This document shows, piece after piece, positions 22,501 to 34,114 of a stretch of DNA of 64,000 bases. The notes beneath the pieces were generated by a model. The model was not told where the DNA came from. It worked only from the letters and a program-made list of their open reading frames with translations, and searched no databases. Both the position numbers and the translations under genes were made by a program. Positions within the stretch are counted from its first letter, which is position 1. Every line of letters begins with the position of its first letter. The DNA comes from Amoebophrya sp. A120 (taxonomy: Eukaryota; Protista; Dinoflagellata): assembly GCA_905178155.1 (NCBI GenBank), contig CAJINV010000001.1, forward strand, positions 8,504,394 through 8,568,393, written 5' to 3'.

Positions 22501-22695
22501 TTTTTCGTGGGCTCGCAGGAGCATGCGGACGGCAAGTGGAACCCTGCGGATCCCCATTGCAAAGGCGATCCTGGTATAAAATGGCCGGACGCAGAGAAAA
22601 TTTTTTCACGTTACGTAGCAGACCCACGGAGTGGTCCCGCATCTCAGCCACCCTTGGCGGAAACATCAAACATGGGAAAAATCGCTGGAGCATGA
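19567..22695 (+). CDS. Intronless 1042-aa protein: TPR-like N-terminus, C2H2/TRAF-type zinc fingers, RING-like finger, C-terminal ParB/sulfiredoxin-like motif
   Basis: ALELDANCIPAYGVLA is TPR-like. CPDC...HRKNC, CTEC...HDREEC and CKDC...HLQKTC are tandem zinc fingers. CKIC...CVSC...CMFC is RING-like. SPLHVRFTHDSI...GNRRL is ParB-like. Domain calls are by eye. Confidence 0.7.
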   Translation: MNEGKVETSAAVGDAVSAEQDMKRQEARKLVTKALLLGGHLPNDEDATSYYLGYAGRGAESALTFDECEEDLAQRERLATRALELDANCIPAYGVLAGVEYHRDNLVPAMLSVSEAIRRYIDGRGTADARMREELSRIGDLVWSIYHDARDEAQLLAALGCLKERILVVTAEESARNKNLLCRVSSLQRLFATRLCIRRRAGFDRDALFDAVALQVCSLRESSFYRYGASNAAELETEIRNRLRLAANVRACEDEVREDGDVEQVCSSSRSSLYVTDMRTFRGYNSFAMEVCRSDVRLLGVGRNRPEAQTIVATFFKHYFMRCPWLAFFFLRQKDDHTQDARVDENYWKLSLMYATGVDVFNFKLDREGHELWEQLGPKLSDDIVMEDSPIAMKAQYPQPLELRMEDIRDMRSPYSQAAVSAYLKQGPMFIRYRQFPGKRGRMVILCTADSTLVPKKAREARQALTQKEDELLVYVFEHAHLVVHHAGVSLVRGLGQLKLFGAADACEGWLLLRYSDIEDLPRLWFFQQYNRMRQKEGLPDPRVSPNSEGVERISCSPLARETSRSPRLKSDKSYPCPDCGSTFYEKDKLKRHRKNCEQRMVVCTECGESFAACDLANHDREECAYGLTSCKDCGAEMKRMHLEDHLQKTCTERTVSCGQVNSDGSRACKWTGRFCELAGHRLDCAFTTEPCSCCLLEVPRCDLQAARHRCPTVDATDTCKICRETFGTLYAGSSSTEPVLPVIPLLGAKRLCTCRDWNYCVSCFRSSLRNFAGDTMPCMFCRQLCDEATLVPLHLVSGLAVKSSLSTQMSLRGSGPAFAELNSQAMLLPRRGATIGSVHWVSPLHVRFTHDSIKLCFGEYMDKRTGLQHTDQSILDSLEQQLRSVAEDGPAGLDCLDVCWARPLHGEKLEADALFLAGTGNRRLCMWRMLAIMRPENFALIKVRIVSKDSTKVRFPEKCTTSCAGRWVEIRTKGRVRFFVGSQEHADGKWNPADPHCKGDPGIKWPDAEKIFSRYVADPRSGPASQPPLAETSNMGKIAGA

Positions 22696-23574
22696 TTTCG
22701 TCGACCTGGAACAGTATTTCAGATACAGAAAAAGGTCTCTATTCCACACACATGGTCCACGTCCACGAAGATGATTCTATGAGATCATCGCAGCAAAAAG
22801 ACCAAATGCAACTTGCAAGGAGCAAAGCGTATAAAGAAGAAGTACCGCGTCCGTGTGGTGAGTTCCATTCTGTTCTGTCTGACTTTGAGATCATTACAGC
22901 TACCATTGCGATCTGAAGGTCCTTCGACTTCCAAGAAGTTTTTTTGAATTTTCTTTCACCGTGCTCTCCTGTGTAGCGAGACTGGTTTTGGATTTGCATA
23001 ATATATGTGTCGCTAAAGGTTGTTGCGCTGAGTTTCAAAGCCCCAGCAGTGTTTTAGGAGTGGTAAAGCCATCACGTAAGACATGTTTGAAGAAGATAGC
23101 TAGTATCTAAAAGATTCTCTCGCATTGATTACGCTTAATTTCAATGGAATGAATGCATTTTTGTATTGTCTGTGATTGTGCACGAAATTCAAATTTTGTT
23201 TCACCAGCCGAACATCACAATGCCCGTTTTTCCAATGGTCGTCAAAATGAAAACTACCTCCTGTTGTCTGTTTCAAGCACACAAGCCTATAAAGCTATCG
23301 ACCGGGTGAGCACTACTCCCGGGTGAAGATTCCACGACGCGGCGCGGCCGTCACGTGGAAATAAATCCTACATGCCGCAAATTACGCGGCCCTTATCATG
23401 AACAAAAACGGCAACCGTTTTGTCTTCAAATCTTTTCTTCCTTGCCTTTCCCGAAACAATTTCTTACCGAGCAGTCCAACGATGAAGTACCAGAAACAAT
23501 AACGGCAAGCAATCCTGACCAGAAAGTGGCAGCGATCACACCGAGCCCGGAAGCACGACGTAATAGTTGCAGCA

Positions 23575-26500
23575 ATGTACAAGCGCACCGGCGTATTTTT
23601 CTGTTTCCCTCGTGGCAGAGTGCTACTGCGGTCGGCAGTAGTCCTGCTTCATTTTTTCCAATTTCACCCGAATTTTGCGGCCGCCGGATCACCAGCTAGC
23701 CACGAAGTAGAGCAGCCCTCTGTTACTTCGACAGAGCAACAACTGCAGCGATGCTTGCGTCGCAAGAACAGCGATATTATCATCCGGGGCCGGCACCACC
23801 GGTCGAGCTCGCGAAGTGGGCTGCAGAATCCCCGCGCGGCAGGGCTGAACTGTGACAGCTTGCCGGGAAGCAGTGGACAGCAAGCCGATCCCGCCGTGAC
23901 CATTGTGCGGCGGAGCCGCTCGACCGGCAAAATCGGGTCTTTATCACACTTATCGAAAACGCCGACGACCCGCGGGGGCGCCGCGACGCCCTTCAGCGGC
24001 TCCAGCAGTGCGACGCCCTTCGGGTCCAGCACCGCAACGCCGAAGCAGCCGTATTTTTTTGCGGCAAATTTCGGCCCGGGGGTGCAGCCCTACTTCGTCC
24101 AGCGAACGGAGTCGTTACCGGAGGCGGCAACCGGAAGTGAAGAGGTGGAAAATGAGGAAAATCCGGTTTTGCAAAAGAGTGCGAGCTCCGGGTCACTGCA
24201 GATGCGGGACCGCAGCAAGGACTCGTCGTGTGCAGTTGGACCAGGACCAGCATCCTCTTTGATGAAGGCCGCCGTTCGGGCGGCCAGCGATCGTGCCGAA
24301 TCTTCGGAAAGCGCTTGCCTCAAAGACGTGGGTGGCGGTGAAGGAAGGCATTCGGCGGAAGATACCGGTACCGACGCGATCAAGCAGAAGGCGCCCACTG
24401 GAGGTGTAGCAGCACCATCTGTGCACGCCGGCACGAGCCCCGTCCCGACGGATGTCCCCGCCTCCAGTCCGGCGAATAGTACCGGTTCTTCTTCGACGGC
24501 GCCTCCGCGCGAGGATCCGGTGTCGCGCGTTTCGTCCGCCGGGCGTGGTAGTAGTTCATCCGATATGCAGCAGTCCAAAAGAGCGGAGCCGCAAGTTCGG
24601 GAAGTTTACGATCCAAACGACAACAATGAAAATGCTATGATTCGCAATTGCATCGTGAAAACCGCTTCTCGCGGCATTCAGGACCTGTTGGCGGCGCGCC
24701 GGGCGGAGTCGCCGTTGCCGAGCCTCCCCGGAGCCTCGTCTCCGGGCTCCTCATCAGCGATACCAGAACAGCACGAGGACATCGAGGGAAGGGCCGAAGC
24801 AGAGCAACCAGGAGCGGAAGGTGAAACTCGAGTTACGAAAAAGCTTCTTCCCTCGGCCACTGCCGTCGCGACGCCCCCGTTTTCTCCAGTGAAGCCGACG
24901 AAGCCATTTCAGGGCAAATCGGCCTCTACCGCATTTCTAAACGGATTGACGCCGGCACCGACGCCCTCGACGGTGTGTCCCACACCGGAAATACTGGAGC
25001 ACCGTGACCCGACTAGCCTGGCGTCAATAACACTCGCGGCCGTCTTTGCGCAGAAGTGCCGGGTTAGTGACTCAAATAAAAACGGCGCAGAATCATCAGC
25101 CCCGCGATCCAGGCCATCTTCTCCGCACGCCAAGCACCACAAGCGACGAGGATCCAAGCAGCGACTAGAGGAGGAAAGCGCAAGCTCTTCCGCACCGCTG
25201 CAAGACCAAGCGCACTTGCCGCCGCCAGACGGAGGACACAGACGCGACGGTACCATCGCGGCGTCTGCGACGACAAGTAGCCAGGCAGCGGCTCCTTCCA
25301 AAGCGTCTGGAATTTTTGTGTCCGAGCTGCAATCTTCTAAGCTTCGCACCCCCCCGGGTGCTGCAATTTTGACGTCGGGTGCTAGTTCTTTACCGTCCTT
25401 TGTTCACAACGGTACTGCCTCGCGCGCTGCGGGATCACGCCCGGCGACGCCGACAAAAGCAGCGGGCAAAAGTAAGCCTGAACAAGAACTGGCTGCGCCG
25501 CCCGCGGTGCCGCCGCTAGACCTGAGCTCGGCATCAAGGGCACAACCTGCACCCGTGGTGCCACCGCTGGACCTGACGTCGCGGCGGCCCTTGATGAGCA
25601 AGGGGCTGACCGTTGAGACCAACGAAGACGCGGCGTCCTCGCCCGAAATCGAGGACGAACAGGAGATGAAGCGGTGGACAACTATGGCCTCGACGCCATC
25701 CGTCGTGTTTGGGCGACAGCTCAGCGACTGCACCACTGCAACCGCCTGCGGAACGCCACTCGAGAGTCCCGGGGACGGGGCCTTATCTGCTTTCACGCCG
25801 CCCATGCGGGTCGCGAAGCACCACCAATCGCGGGCGACGCGGATCGGGCAGCTGCTAAATTCCCCCCAAGTGCAGCAGCAGCCGAAGTTGCGGCCAAGGA
25901 TCGTGAAGCTGCACGTCCACGTGAACGGAAGGTTGCGCTTCTCGTACGAGGAGCACGACGCCCTAAGCGATGCGGAGATCATTGCGCGGGCGGAGGAGCG
26001 GCTGCTGGCCTCCTGGGGCTGGCAGGAAGTGAACCGCGAACAGTACAAGGACTACGTGCGTCTTGTGCGGGCTAGTACAACGCCGTCGGGGGAGCAAGAA
26101 CAGTTGGAAGGGCCCCCTGCATCGTCGTCCTCGTCGGCGGGGACAAATAAGAAGGTGTTTGTAGACTACGCCGACAACACCGTGACGTTGCTGGAGCGCG
26201 ACTCGGCGAAGAAAATGCGTGTTTCGACCCCGGCGTCTGAGAGCCCCCCGGTGTCGCGCCGGCACTCGGAGAGGGAGCAGCAACTGCTGCGAATCGACGA
26301 GAATGCCAGCAGCACCTATCCACAGAAAAAAACCCATGCACATCCATTTTTTGCATGACAAACACAGAATTTTATGCATGTTTTGCATGACAAATTGGAT
26401 GCGAGAAGTAAGGAAAAGATAATATTAGTGCCCGGGGATGAAGATATACTCGCGATACTTTTCGCGGTTCTGACCCTAGATCTCCTGCGGCCGTAGCTGC

Positions 26501-27929
26501 TTGCGGCGACGGTGCAAAGGTTTTCGATGTGGCGCAGTCGGGTATGCATGACAAATTGGATGCGGATGGGTTTTTTTCTGTGGATAGCACCGCGATCGAT
26601 CGCCAATCGTGGGTTTTAGATTTGGAATACCACGGCCCGGTTCCGGTTCGCGTTGCAAAGGCCTTCAGCAGTCGCGTTCCACGGGGAAACAGGCGGCTGA
26701 TCGAGCTCGGCCTGCAAATGGCAGGCAACGAACGGCTGTGGGACGCGGGACTGCCGGCACCGAAGGGGGCGCCTTCGTATTTAGCCATAGTAGACCCGAG
26801 CTTTGGCGAAGTGGTCGATTTTATTCGCGTAGAGAAACAGGTGTGTTTTGTATATGTAGTTATGCACATGCCTCTTGTTGTCGCTGATCCTCTGTAGCCT
26901 TGAAAGAACTGCTGCAATATAATGTACCACAGATTTCTCGAAGGCGAGGGTACCGCGTTTGGGTGGAGGATGAGTCGCATATACGGCTGGGGGCTGATCA
27001 ATACGAGGGAGGATGGCGACCCAAGCGTGGCGCGAAAGATTCACGATTTTTTCCTGCGGCGCCGACGCGATTGGCTGTCGCAGTCTGCCTTGACAGAGGC
27101 GACTCTGAAGGATCGCAGCCTGCATCCGTCGGTGCGGATTTGGGAGTCGTCGACAGTGCTCGCGCTGCCCTCCTCCCGTCCCCACAGTCGCGAGCAGGAC
27201 GTGGCTGCTTCCCACGACAAACTTGTTCCAGCTCCAAACACAACGGCAGACGAAGAGCACGAGCACCTTTCCGAGCTCCCGGCGATCCCGAAGCGCAAGA
27301 GCCGCCGCAGCGCCACGGAGTCGACTTGCGCCTCCTCACTCGACGGGGCGCAGCAAGAAGCAGCAAGCACTGCGCCGGGGCAAGTGGCGACTCCGAAAAT
27401 GGCGGTCGGGCGAGCGGGGTCCAGCACGGATTTAACGGCGGTTCCGGCGCAGCATTCGTTCGGCGAAAATCACTCCGCGGACGGCGCCTTACCCAAGGCT
27501 GTGCTGGACGCGATTGCCGAACTCCGCTTGTTGCGCTTGGAGAGCCTGCACAGTGCCCTGGGGTCCCTAAACGACCTGCAGATTGCGCGCGGCAACGACC
27601 CGGTTATACTGGAGAGCGTGGTTTACTGGGCAGAGCTGGGAGACGCAGAGCGTCTGAATGACCAGCTGTCCAAGAAGGAAAAGTCCATGTGGAGAGGCCT
27701 GAAATGGAATGGGTTACGCTACTTCGACAAAGCAGCGGAGTTTCCCATTGCCCCGACGTCCTTGCGTCAGCGGATCTTGCAATTCCTGGAGCAAGCAGCG
27801 GATTGCGTCGATGATAGTCCGAATAGCCGCCAGCTTTCTCCAAACACTGCCCGGCGCGCGTTGAGAAAGTTGGTTGGTTCTTCTGCAGCCCTAATTGAAG
27901 GGGCCGACGAGGCGCGGCGAGCGGCCTAG
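23575..27929 (+). CDS. Large low-complexity hypothetical protein with possible signal peptide; exons 23575-26316, 26592-26840, ~26907-27929
   Basis: The 927-aa ORF joins ORF 26529 after introner excision (ASST|AIDRQSW). A probable GT-AG intron 26841-26906 joins ORF 26922. Confidence 0.65.
26317..26586. mobile_element. Introner family B, 270 bp, TSD GCACC
   Basis: TIR tatccacagaaaaaaacccat / atgggtttttttctgtggata. GCACC at 26312-26316 and 26587-26591. Confidence 0.93.
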
Positions 27930-28894
27930 GTGTAGATTGTTTTGTTGTCAACGGGGAAACAGGCAGGAGGCACCGAGAGAAATATTTTTCACATGTAAGT
28001 CGCCGTCCAAGGCGAGTAGTTAGGGTCGGGCACTGAGTCTATTCTTCGTTCCCACTATTCGAAGTTTTATTTTGATCGAAAGCATTTTGTCGGCACTCTT
28101 TCAAATGGATGCCGGTACCTAAAGCTATTTTCCCTTCTGGAGACCCATATGTAGTATATATCCACTTGTGAGGACGTTGCAGACTGTTGCAATCATGTAA
28201 GAGTAAGAGATACTAGATAGTTGTGTGCACTTGTGCGCCACTTGTATGTCCGTGTCTGTCAAAAAGCGCAATGCAACAGTAGCAATGATCTGTACGAACT
28301 TTACTATGTTGAAATAATGTTATAACAAAAGAAACGAGACCACCAGACTCTACGTAGGTTTCTGCGGAAAATCATTACAGAAGCACGACCGGAATCCGAA
28401 TTTCGTGTGTCACTTTTGCAGGGTTTCAGTACTCTCTTTCACACCTTTTGCCTATCCGAAAAGTAGCGGCTCTCCACCTGCTGGCTGTGTTTACGTCGTA
28501 AACGATACGGACCTTTTACGATTTTCAAAGAACCGGCTATCGAAGAATGCACACAATTCATCGCACAGGTGGACATCTTTTTAGCCACGAACGCTTGACT
28601 CCGTCTTCAGCCGCCTAGTTCTCCTGCAGTGACTGTTCGAGCCAGAAAGCCAAAGCTTGTCGAGGCTACCTTTGCGTTTCCGCATGCACTGTGTATCGAT
28701 TGTTTTCCAGTGGGGCTTAGTCCTCGAGGAGGCTACCTTGGGGTTGCTGCATGAAAAGTTGCACAGCGATTATCAGCGTGAATGCGCGCGTCGTTCGACG
28801 TTTTGTGTACGGATATAATTTCAAATCTCTGCTTTTGATATACTGCATTGCATCGATTTTGCTCGAAGTGTTGCACATCACATCTCAGTGCATC

Positions 28895-29593
28895 ATGGCC
28901 AAGCAGAGTTTCCATTTTCGTGCTGCCGTAGTCGGCGACGTTGAGGCCATCGCAAAAATTTGGTACGACGTTTACCAGATCTCGCACGCACATCTCGTTC
29001 CGCCGGAACTGTTGCAGCATCGAACCCTGGAGACTTTTAGGCAGCGCACGCCGGGCGACTTGGCGAAGACGCTTGTCGCGGTGACAGGTTCGTCGAACGC
29101 CGACTCGGAAGATTCGCTTCCGGAAGGGCAGGTATGCGGATTTGTCTCGACTCGAGGCACCGCAATTCTACATTTGTTTGTGGGTCTTCGCGGGTGCGGA
29201 GTCGGCCGGCAACTGCTTCAGCTTGCGGAAAGGCAGATCTTTCATGACGCGTCAGGTTCAGCGTCGAGCAGACCGGACGCAGACGGGTCGACGCGCTGCG
29301 AACAAGTCGTCGCGCATCTGCATGTCGTTCACGGGAACGAAGCCGCTCGTCAGTTCTACAAAAAATGCGGATGGGTTGAAGTCGGGGAAGAAACATACGA
29401 GGTAGAGATCTTAGCTGCAAACGGTGGCACAGAACATTTTCCCGTGCCGTGCCTCAGATGGGAGAAGAAAGTTTCCGCGAACGAGCGTGAAGGGCAAGCC
29501 GAATTCATGCGATATCCAGAATTGAAAGCCATACGCGACAGTAGACATGAGTGGTTTATTTGGGCGGATGAAAACGCATGTTGTTCTCGCTAA
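28895..29593 (+). CDS. GNAT-family N-acetyltransferase
   Basis: FRAAVVGDVEAIAKI, LHLFVGLRGCGVGRQLL (motif A) and GNEAARQFYKKCGW (motif B). Confidence 0.8.
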   Translation: MAKQSFHFRAAVVGDVEAIAKIWYDVYQISHAHLVPPELLQHRTLETFRQRTPGDLAKTLVAVTGSSNADSEDSLPEGQVCGFVSTRGTAILHLFVGLRGCGVGRQLLQLAERQIFHDASGSASSRPDADGSTRCEQVVAHLHVVHGNEAARQFYKKCGWVEVGEETYEVEILAANGGTEHFPVPCLRWEKKVSANEREGQAEFMRYPELKAIRDSRHEWFIWADENACCSR

Positions 29594-30070
29594 GGGTAGT
29601 TATTAACAGACGCTCTGCTCCTGCAGTAGGGGATCAATTTTCTGTCAACATCTCGTGCGAGCAAATTGTATAGCAACGGACTAGAAGACTTTTGACCGAT
29701 CATGACACCACGATGAAAGATCTGAATAAAAAAAGGAACAAGTAGAACTACGAAGTCGCCTATCTCCGTTTTCATTTAGAGAGCTTCGGTCCACCGTCGG
29801 CACCATTTCTGCAACTGGATCATCTCTGTCTATTTACGCGTTCGACACCTTTGTTCGGTGCCGGAAAGTCGCTTTTCCAGTTGGACCACAGTACGTATCT
29901 TTTTGGTGATTTACTATACCGACTGCGACATCGACTCTTTTTCCACTCACTTATTCCCTTTATTCCTTCCCTACTTCGCTTTTGATATCACAACGTTTAC
30001 GCTTTGAGAGGAGCTATAATGCAAGCGCTGTCCTCCTGCCGGCGCCGTTGCTGTTGCTGATGCGAGGAGG

Positions 30071-33000
30071 ATGACAACGCTCTTCCGGCCCGTGCCGGTT
30101 ATCGACCAGCCCTGCCGGGGGGATACGTTCGAATGCCTCGCGTACGGCTGCAACTTTTTGTACGTCGGAACGTCCGCCGCGACGGTCCTGTCCTTCACGG
30201 TAGCCGCTTCGAACCGCACCGATGAGGAGTTGCAAAACAGTGGCTGCCCGCAGCGGAGCGTGCAGCTGCTGCCCGGCTCGGGGAAGAAGGTTTCTTTTAC
30301 TAACTTGCTAGACTGCTCGTGAGCAGTTGTGATGCAGCGGCAGTCCAAGCACTACACTGCTTAGGGTGATGCTTCTGCTTTTATCTGTTCGTCCCCTTTC
30401 CGCCAGAACGAGTAGGTCGGCATTGCTGTTTGCTTAATTTGATCATTCTCACTTGTTTCCGAAACTGTTGAATCTCAGATCGAGGAGCTGGTATGTCCGG
30501 AAGGGAGCAATGCTCGCATTTTCGCGGTTTGCGATGGCGGCATTCATATTCTGCCGGGCAGTTTGGCAAACGCAGGCACGGTGCTCGCCAAAAATGCGCT
30601 TTGCTTCGCCTTGCAGACGGATCCTGCGGTTTTCCACGCCACTACAGAGCAGTTTCGTGGATATGACGTGGAGCACGGACACATCTGCGTTGGCAGCAAA
30701 CGGAAGCTGCATCTCTTCCGACCAGTTTCTCCTCCAGGACAAGGTGGCGCGGGAGGGGTATAGTGGTTTTTTTTTCTTGACAAAAATGTTGAAAATCTCT
30801 ACAGCGCAGTTGCCTCGCGTGAATGTTGATCCACTTTCTTTCACTGTACCAGTGCCGTTTTTCAACATCTCACGTGAGATTTCAGTATACGCTTGCTGTA
30901 TAATTGTGAGATGTTTCGCATAATTGTGGTGCGTGCGAATACACGACCAGGAGCTCCACCTCGACTCGGACGATATCGCAAACCTCAAGTACGAGCTTTA
31001 CCAGGAAATTCCCTTGGCCGCGGGCTCTTCGTCCGCCCGGAATCAGGCCGACCCCAAGGAGCGCACCGGGCCGCAGCTCTGCCGGTGGCACAAGAGCAGC
31101 ATCATCGTCGGGTTCAAGCGGGAGTACGTGTTGGTAAACCAGGACGACGGCACGGTACGGGACATTTTCCAACTGGACGGCAAAAGTATTCCGCGGGTCT
31201 TGGTGTTGCCGCACGACGAGGTCTTGTTGTTGCACCAGGACAAGGTGGGGCTCTTTTTCAACGTGCACACGGGCCAGCCCAGCACGAAACACACTGTGGA
31301 GTTCAAGGACACACTGCTGCATTTGAACACCAAAACACCCCAGTACATTTTGGGCACGAGCAGGACCGGGATCGAGGTTTTTTCGGTCCGAGACCAAAGC
31401 TGCAAGCAAACCTTGCTGTACCTGCAAGAGCACGGGTTTAGCGACAACAATTTCGGGCAAAATCTGACCTGTGTCTCCGACGGCAATAAGCGGCTTTTTC
31501 TCGGAGCGAGTGGTGCGTCCAAAAACCAAGTGTTTTGTCTCTCGGAAATTCCGCTGCGAACCCAACTAGCGAAGCTGTTGGAGGAGGAGAGGAGGCAAGA
31601 CGCGCTTGATTTGCTGACGGCGCACCTGGCGGGCTCGGACACGCATGCGGACCCCGCGAAGCGGCATTTGGAGCTGCAGAATTTCCATGAAAAGGCTGGC
31701 TGGGTTTTTTTCGCAAAGTTGAAATTCGAGCTGGCCTTTCACCACTTTGCTTTGTCCGCCGTCCCGGTGCCACACTTGCTGCGCTTCTTCGCGACAGGCT
31801 TGCTACCCGCCGAGTGGTTCACAGAGCTGGAGGCGGAGGCCTGGGAGATTGCGCGCCGGCTGCGCAGGCGGGCCTTGAACGACGCGCCTGTGGTGTTTCT
31901 GACCGAGAGCCCCTTCTATTACTGCGACGAGAATGCGGAGGACGAAGAGGAGCACGCGGGCATGCAGAAAAACGCAAACCAACCGCTCGACTTGAAACCG
32001 TTCATCGAGCAAAAATTGCGGGACGGTGCGCTTCGTTCGAAAGACGCAGATGACGAAGATAAGCTGCAACCAGTAGGACCGGGGACCACGACGGGTCCAG
32101 TACCGCCAAGCGTCGACGTTCTGATGCAGCAAGCTCAGCAGCACATGGCTCGATTTCTACTCACGGTGCGCGGCGCGCAAACCTGGATGCAGCAGTCGTT
32201 GTCCGAACGCAAGAGGGCGGACATGGTTCTTCTGCGGCTGTCCACCGGTTCACCCGCACGGAATCTCGTTTCCCAAGAGAACTTCAGCTGCGTGGCCGGC
32301 GACTTTCCTGAGCTGTTCTTGAAAGAGCACCGCGATTTGTACGCGTTGCTTCTGAAGAAGGAGAACAGGCTGGAAGAGGCGCTTTCCATCTACACGGACC
32401 TTTTCAACCGCGAGCCCAAGAACCAGGACTTTGTGCACGAGATCCGGTCGATTCTGAGCAAACTGCTGATTCACCACAGCACCGCGTCCGTGGCCAACAC
32501 GCAGCAGGCGCTGTTGGGTGGGTCGCTGGGGTACCTGCAGGCGAAACCGTCGCAAATCCGGGAACTGATTTTGTCGCATTTGGCGAAACTCCCCCGCACC
32601 GCGGTGGCCGATCTGTTCACCACCACCCCTCTGGCGAGCTACCAGGCGGTGGTCGCACCCTTGGAGGTGTTCCGCTTGACCTTGCTGAACACGACCACGA
32701 GCGATCTAGCGCCAGCAGACTTGGTCGAGCAGGTCGGGAAAGAGGAGAGGAGCTTCAAGGCGCCCCGCTTGCAGCAGGCGCAGCGGTTTCTGGAGCACCT
32801 CATCTCCCAGGAAAACGTGCAGGATCGCGATTTGAGCACGGCCCTGGCGGTGTTGTACGCGCACAGACAGTCGAGCGAAGGACAACATCAATTACCGCAG
32901 CAACAAGGCTCGTCCACGTCTGCGCTGTCCGCCATGACGCGTGCGGCGTCTTCCACGTCTTCCCTGCACGGCCGCGGACAGCTCGCGCAGTTTCTCGATC

Positions 33001-34114
33001 AAGCCTCGACGATCGTGAACATAGACCGAATTTTACTCACGCTGAACAACGACCCGACCAACACGTTCGACTGGGAAAGGTGTTTGCTGTTTCGCAAGCA
33101 GGGCCGCCACGCGGAGGCGTTGAAGATCCTCTGCGGGGGTCGCCTCGGGGGTTTGCAGCAGGCGGAGCTCTACTGTCTCGGGGCGGTCGGGCTGACGTCA
33201 GACGCGGAGAATATTAGAAGTTCATCGGGAAATAACAGCTATCAAATGCAAAATGTCTGGGGCTGGAAACTTGTGATGCAAGACAGTCAATAACAAATGC
33301 ACTGTAATGTGCCGCCAAGCAAGACAAGTTTTTTCGTGCTTCTGTGCTACGTATTTTGCATGAGAAACTGTGTTTTTGCATGAAAGGCGAGAGAGGCTGT
33401 TTGTGGCCACGCAATACAGATTTAAGGGCCTTGCCAGATCAGCATGACAAGTCTCACCATCTTCCAGACCCAGACATTTTTGCAGGTGATAACAGCACTA
33501 GCTCCGCGATTGAGACGCGGGACCTGGTCTTAAGCAACAGCAACACGTCCAGCAGCGAAATCCTGCAGTCGTTCGAAAAACAGCCCCGGAGTATCACGAC
33601 GCAACTCTTGCCGCAAGCGAGCGCCGAATTGCAGTTCGACACCGGAAAACGGCTGAACGAGGTCTTGAGTCGGGAGGCAAAGACAAGTCGCGCTTCCGAC
33701 TCGGTATTTCAGATCTGTTTCGAGGTGCTGCTCGAGTCCGAGAACAAGGTGCCTTTCCCGAAGATCCTGGCCTTCTGCAACCGATACTACGAGTTTCTGG
33801 ACGCGGAGCGGGTGATCGACCAACTGCCAGACGAGGTACCCGTGAATCTGTTGGAGGAATTTCTGCGGAAAAGCGTGCTGCAGATGATGCACACGCAACG
33901 CCAGCAACAGGTGGAGGAGAAGCTCTCGGCGGCGGCGTACCAAAAAACGTACCGGGACTGGTACCAGACCCGCCAAGTCTGTGTCCACCTGACCAGCGAG
34001 CGGTGCTGCCCCATTTGTCACCGCCGCGTGGGCGACAAGGCCTTTGCCGCCTCCTACAACGATCTCAAAGTGTACCACATTCACTGTCTGCAAGGAAAAA
34101 AATCGCTTGACTGA
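30071..34114 (+). CDS. Vps39/Vam6/TGFBRAP1-like HOPS/CORVET subunit; exons ~30071-30289, ~30479-30757, ~30950-33239, 33497-34114
   Basis: CNH-like N-terminus (LYVGT, ICVGSKRKLHLF), helical repeats (GRHAEALKIL) and a C-terminal CPICHRRVGDKAF...YHIHC finger. Introner excision gives GNNS|TSSAIE. Confidence 0.8.
33240..33491. mobile_element. Introner family A, 252 bp, TSD ACAGC
   Basis: TIR tatcaaatgcaaaatgtctggggctggaa / ttccagacccagacatttttgcaggtgata. ACAGC at 33235-33239 and 33492-33496. Confidence 0.92.
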
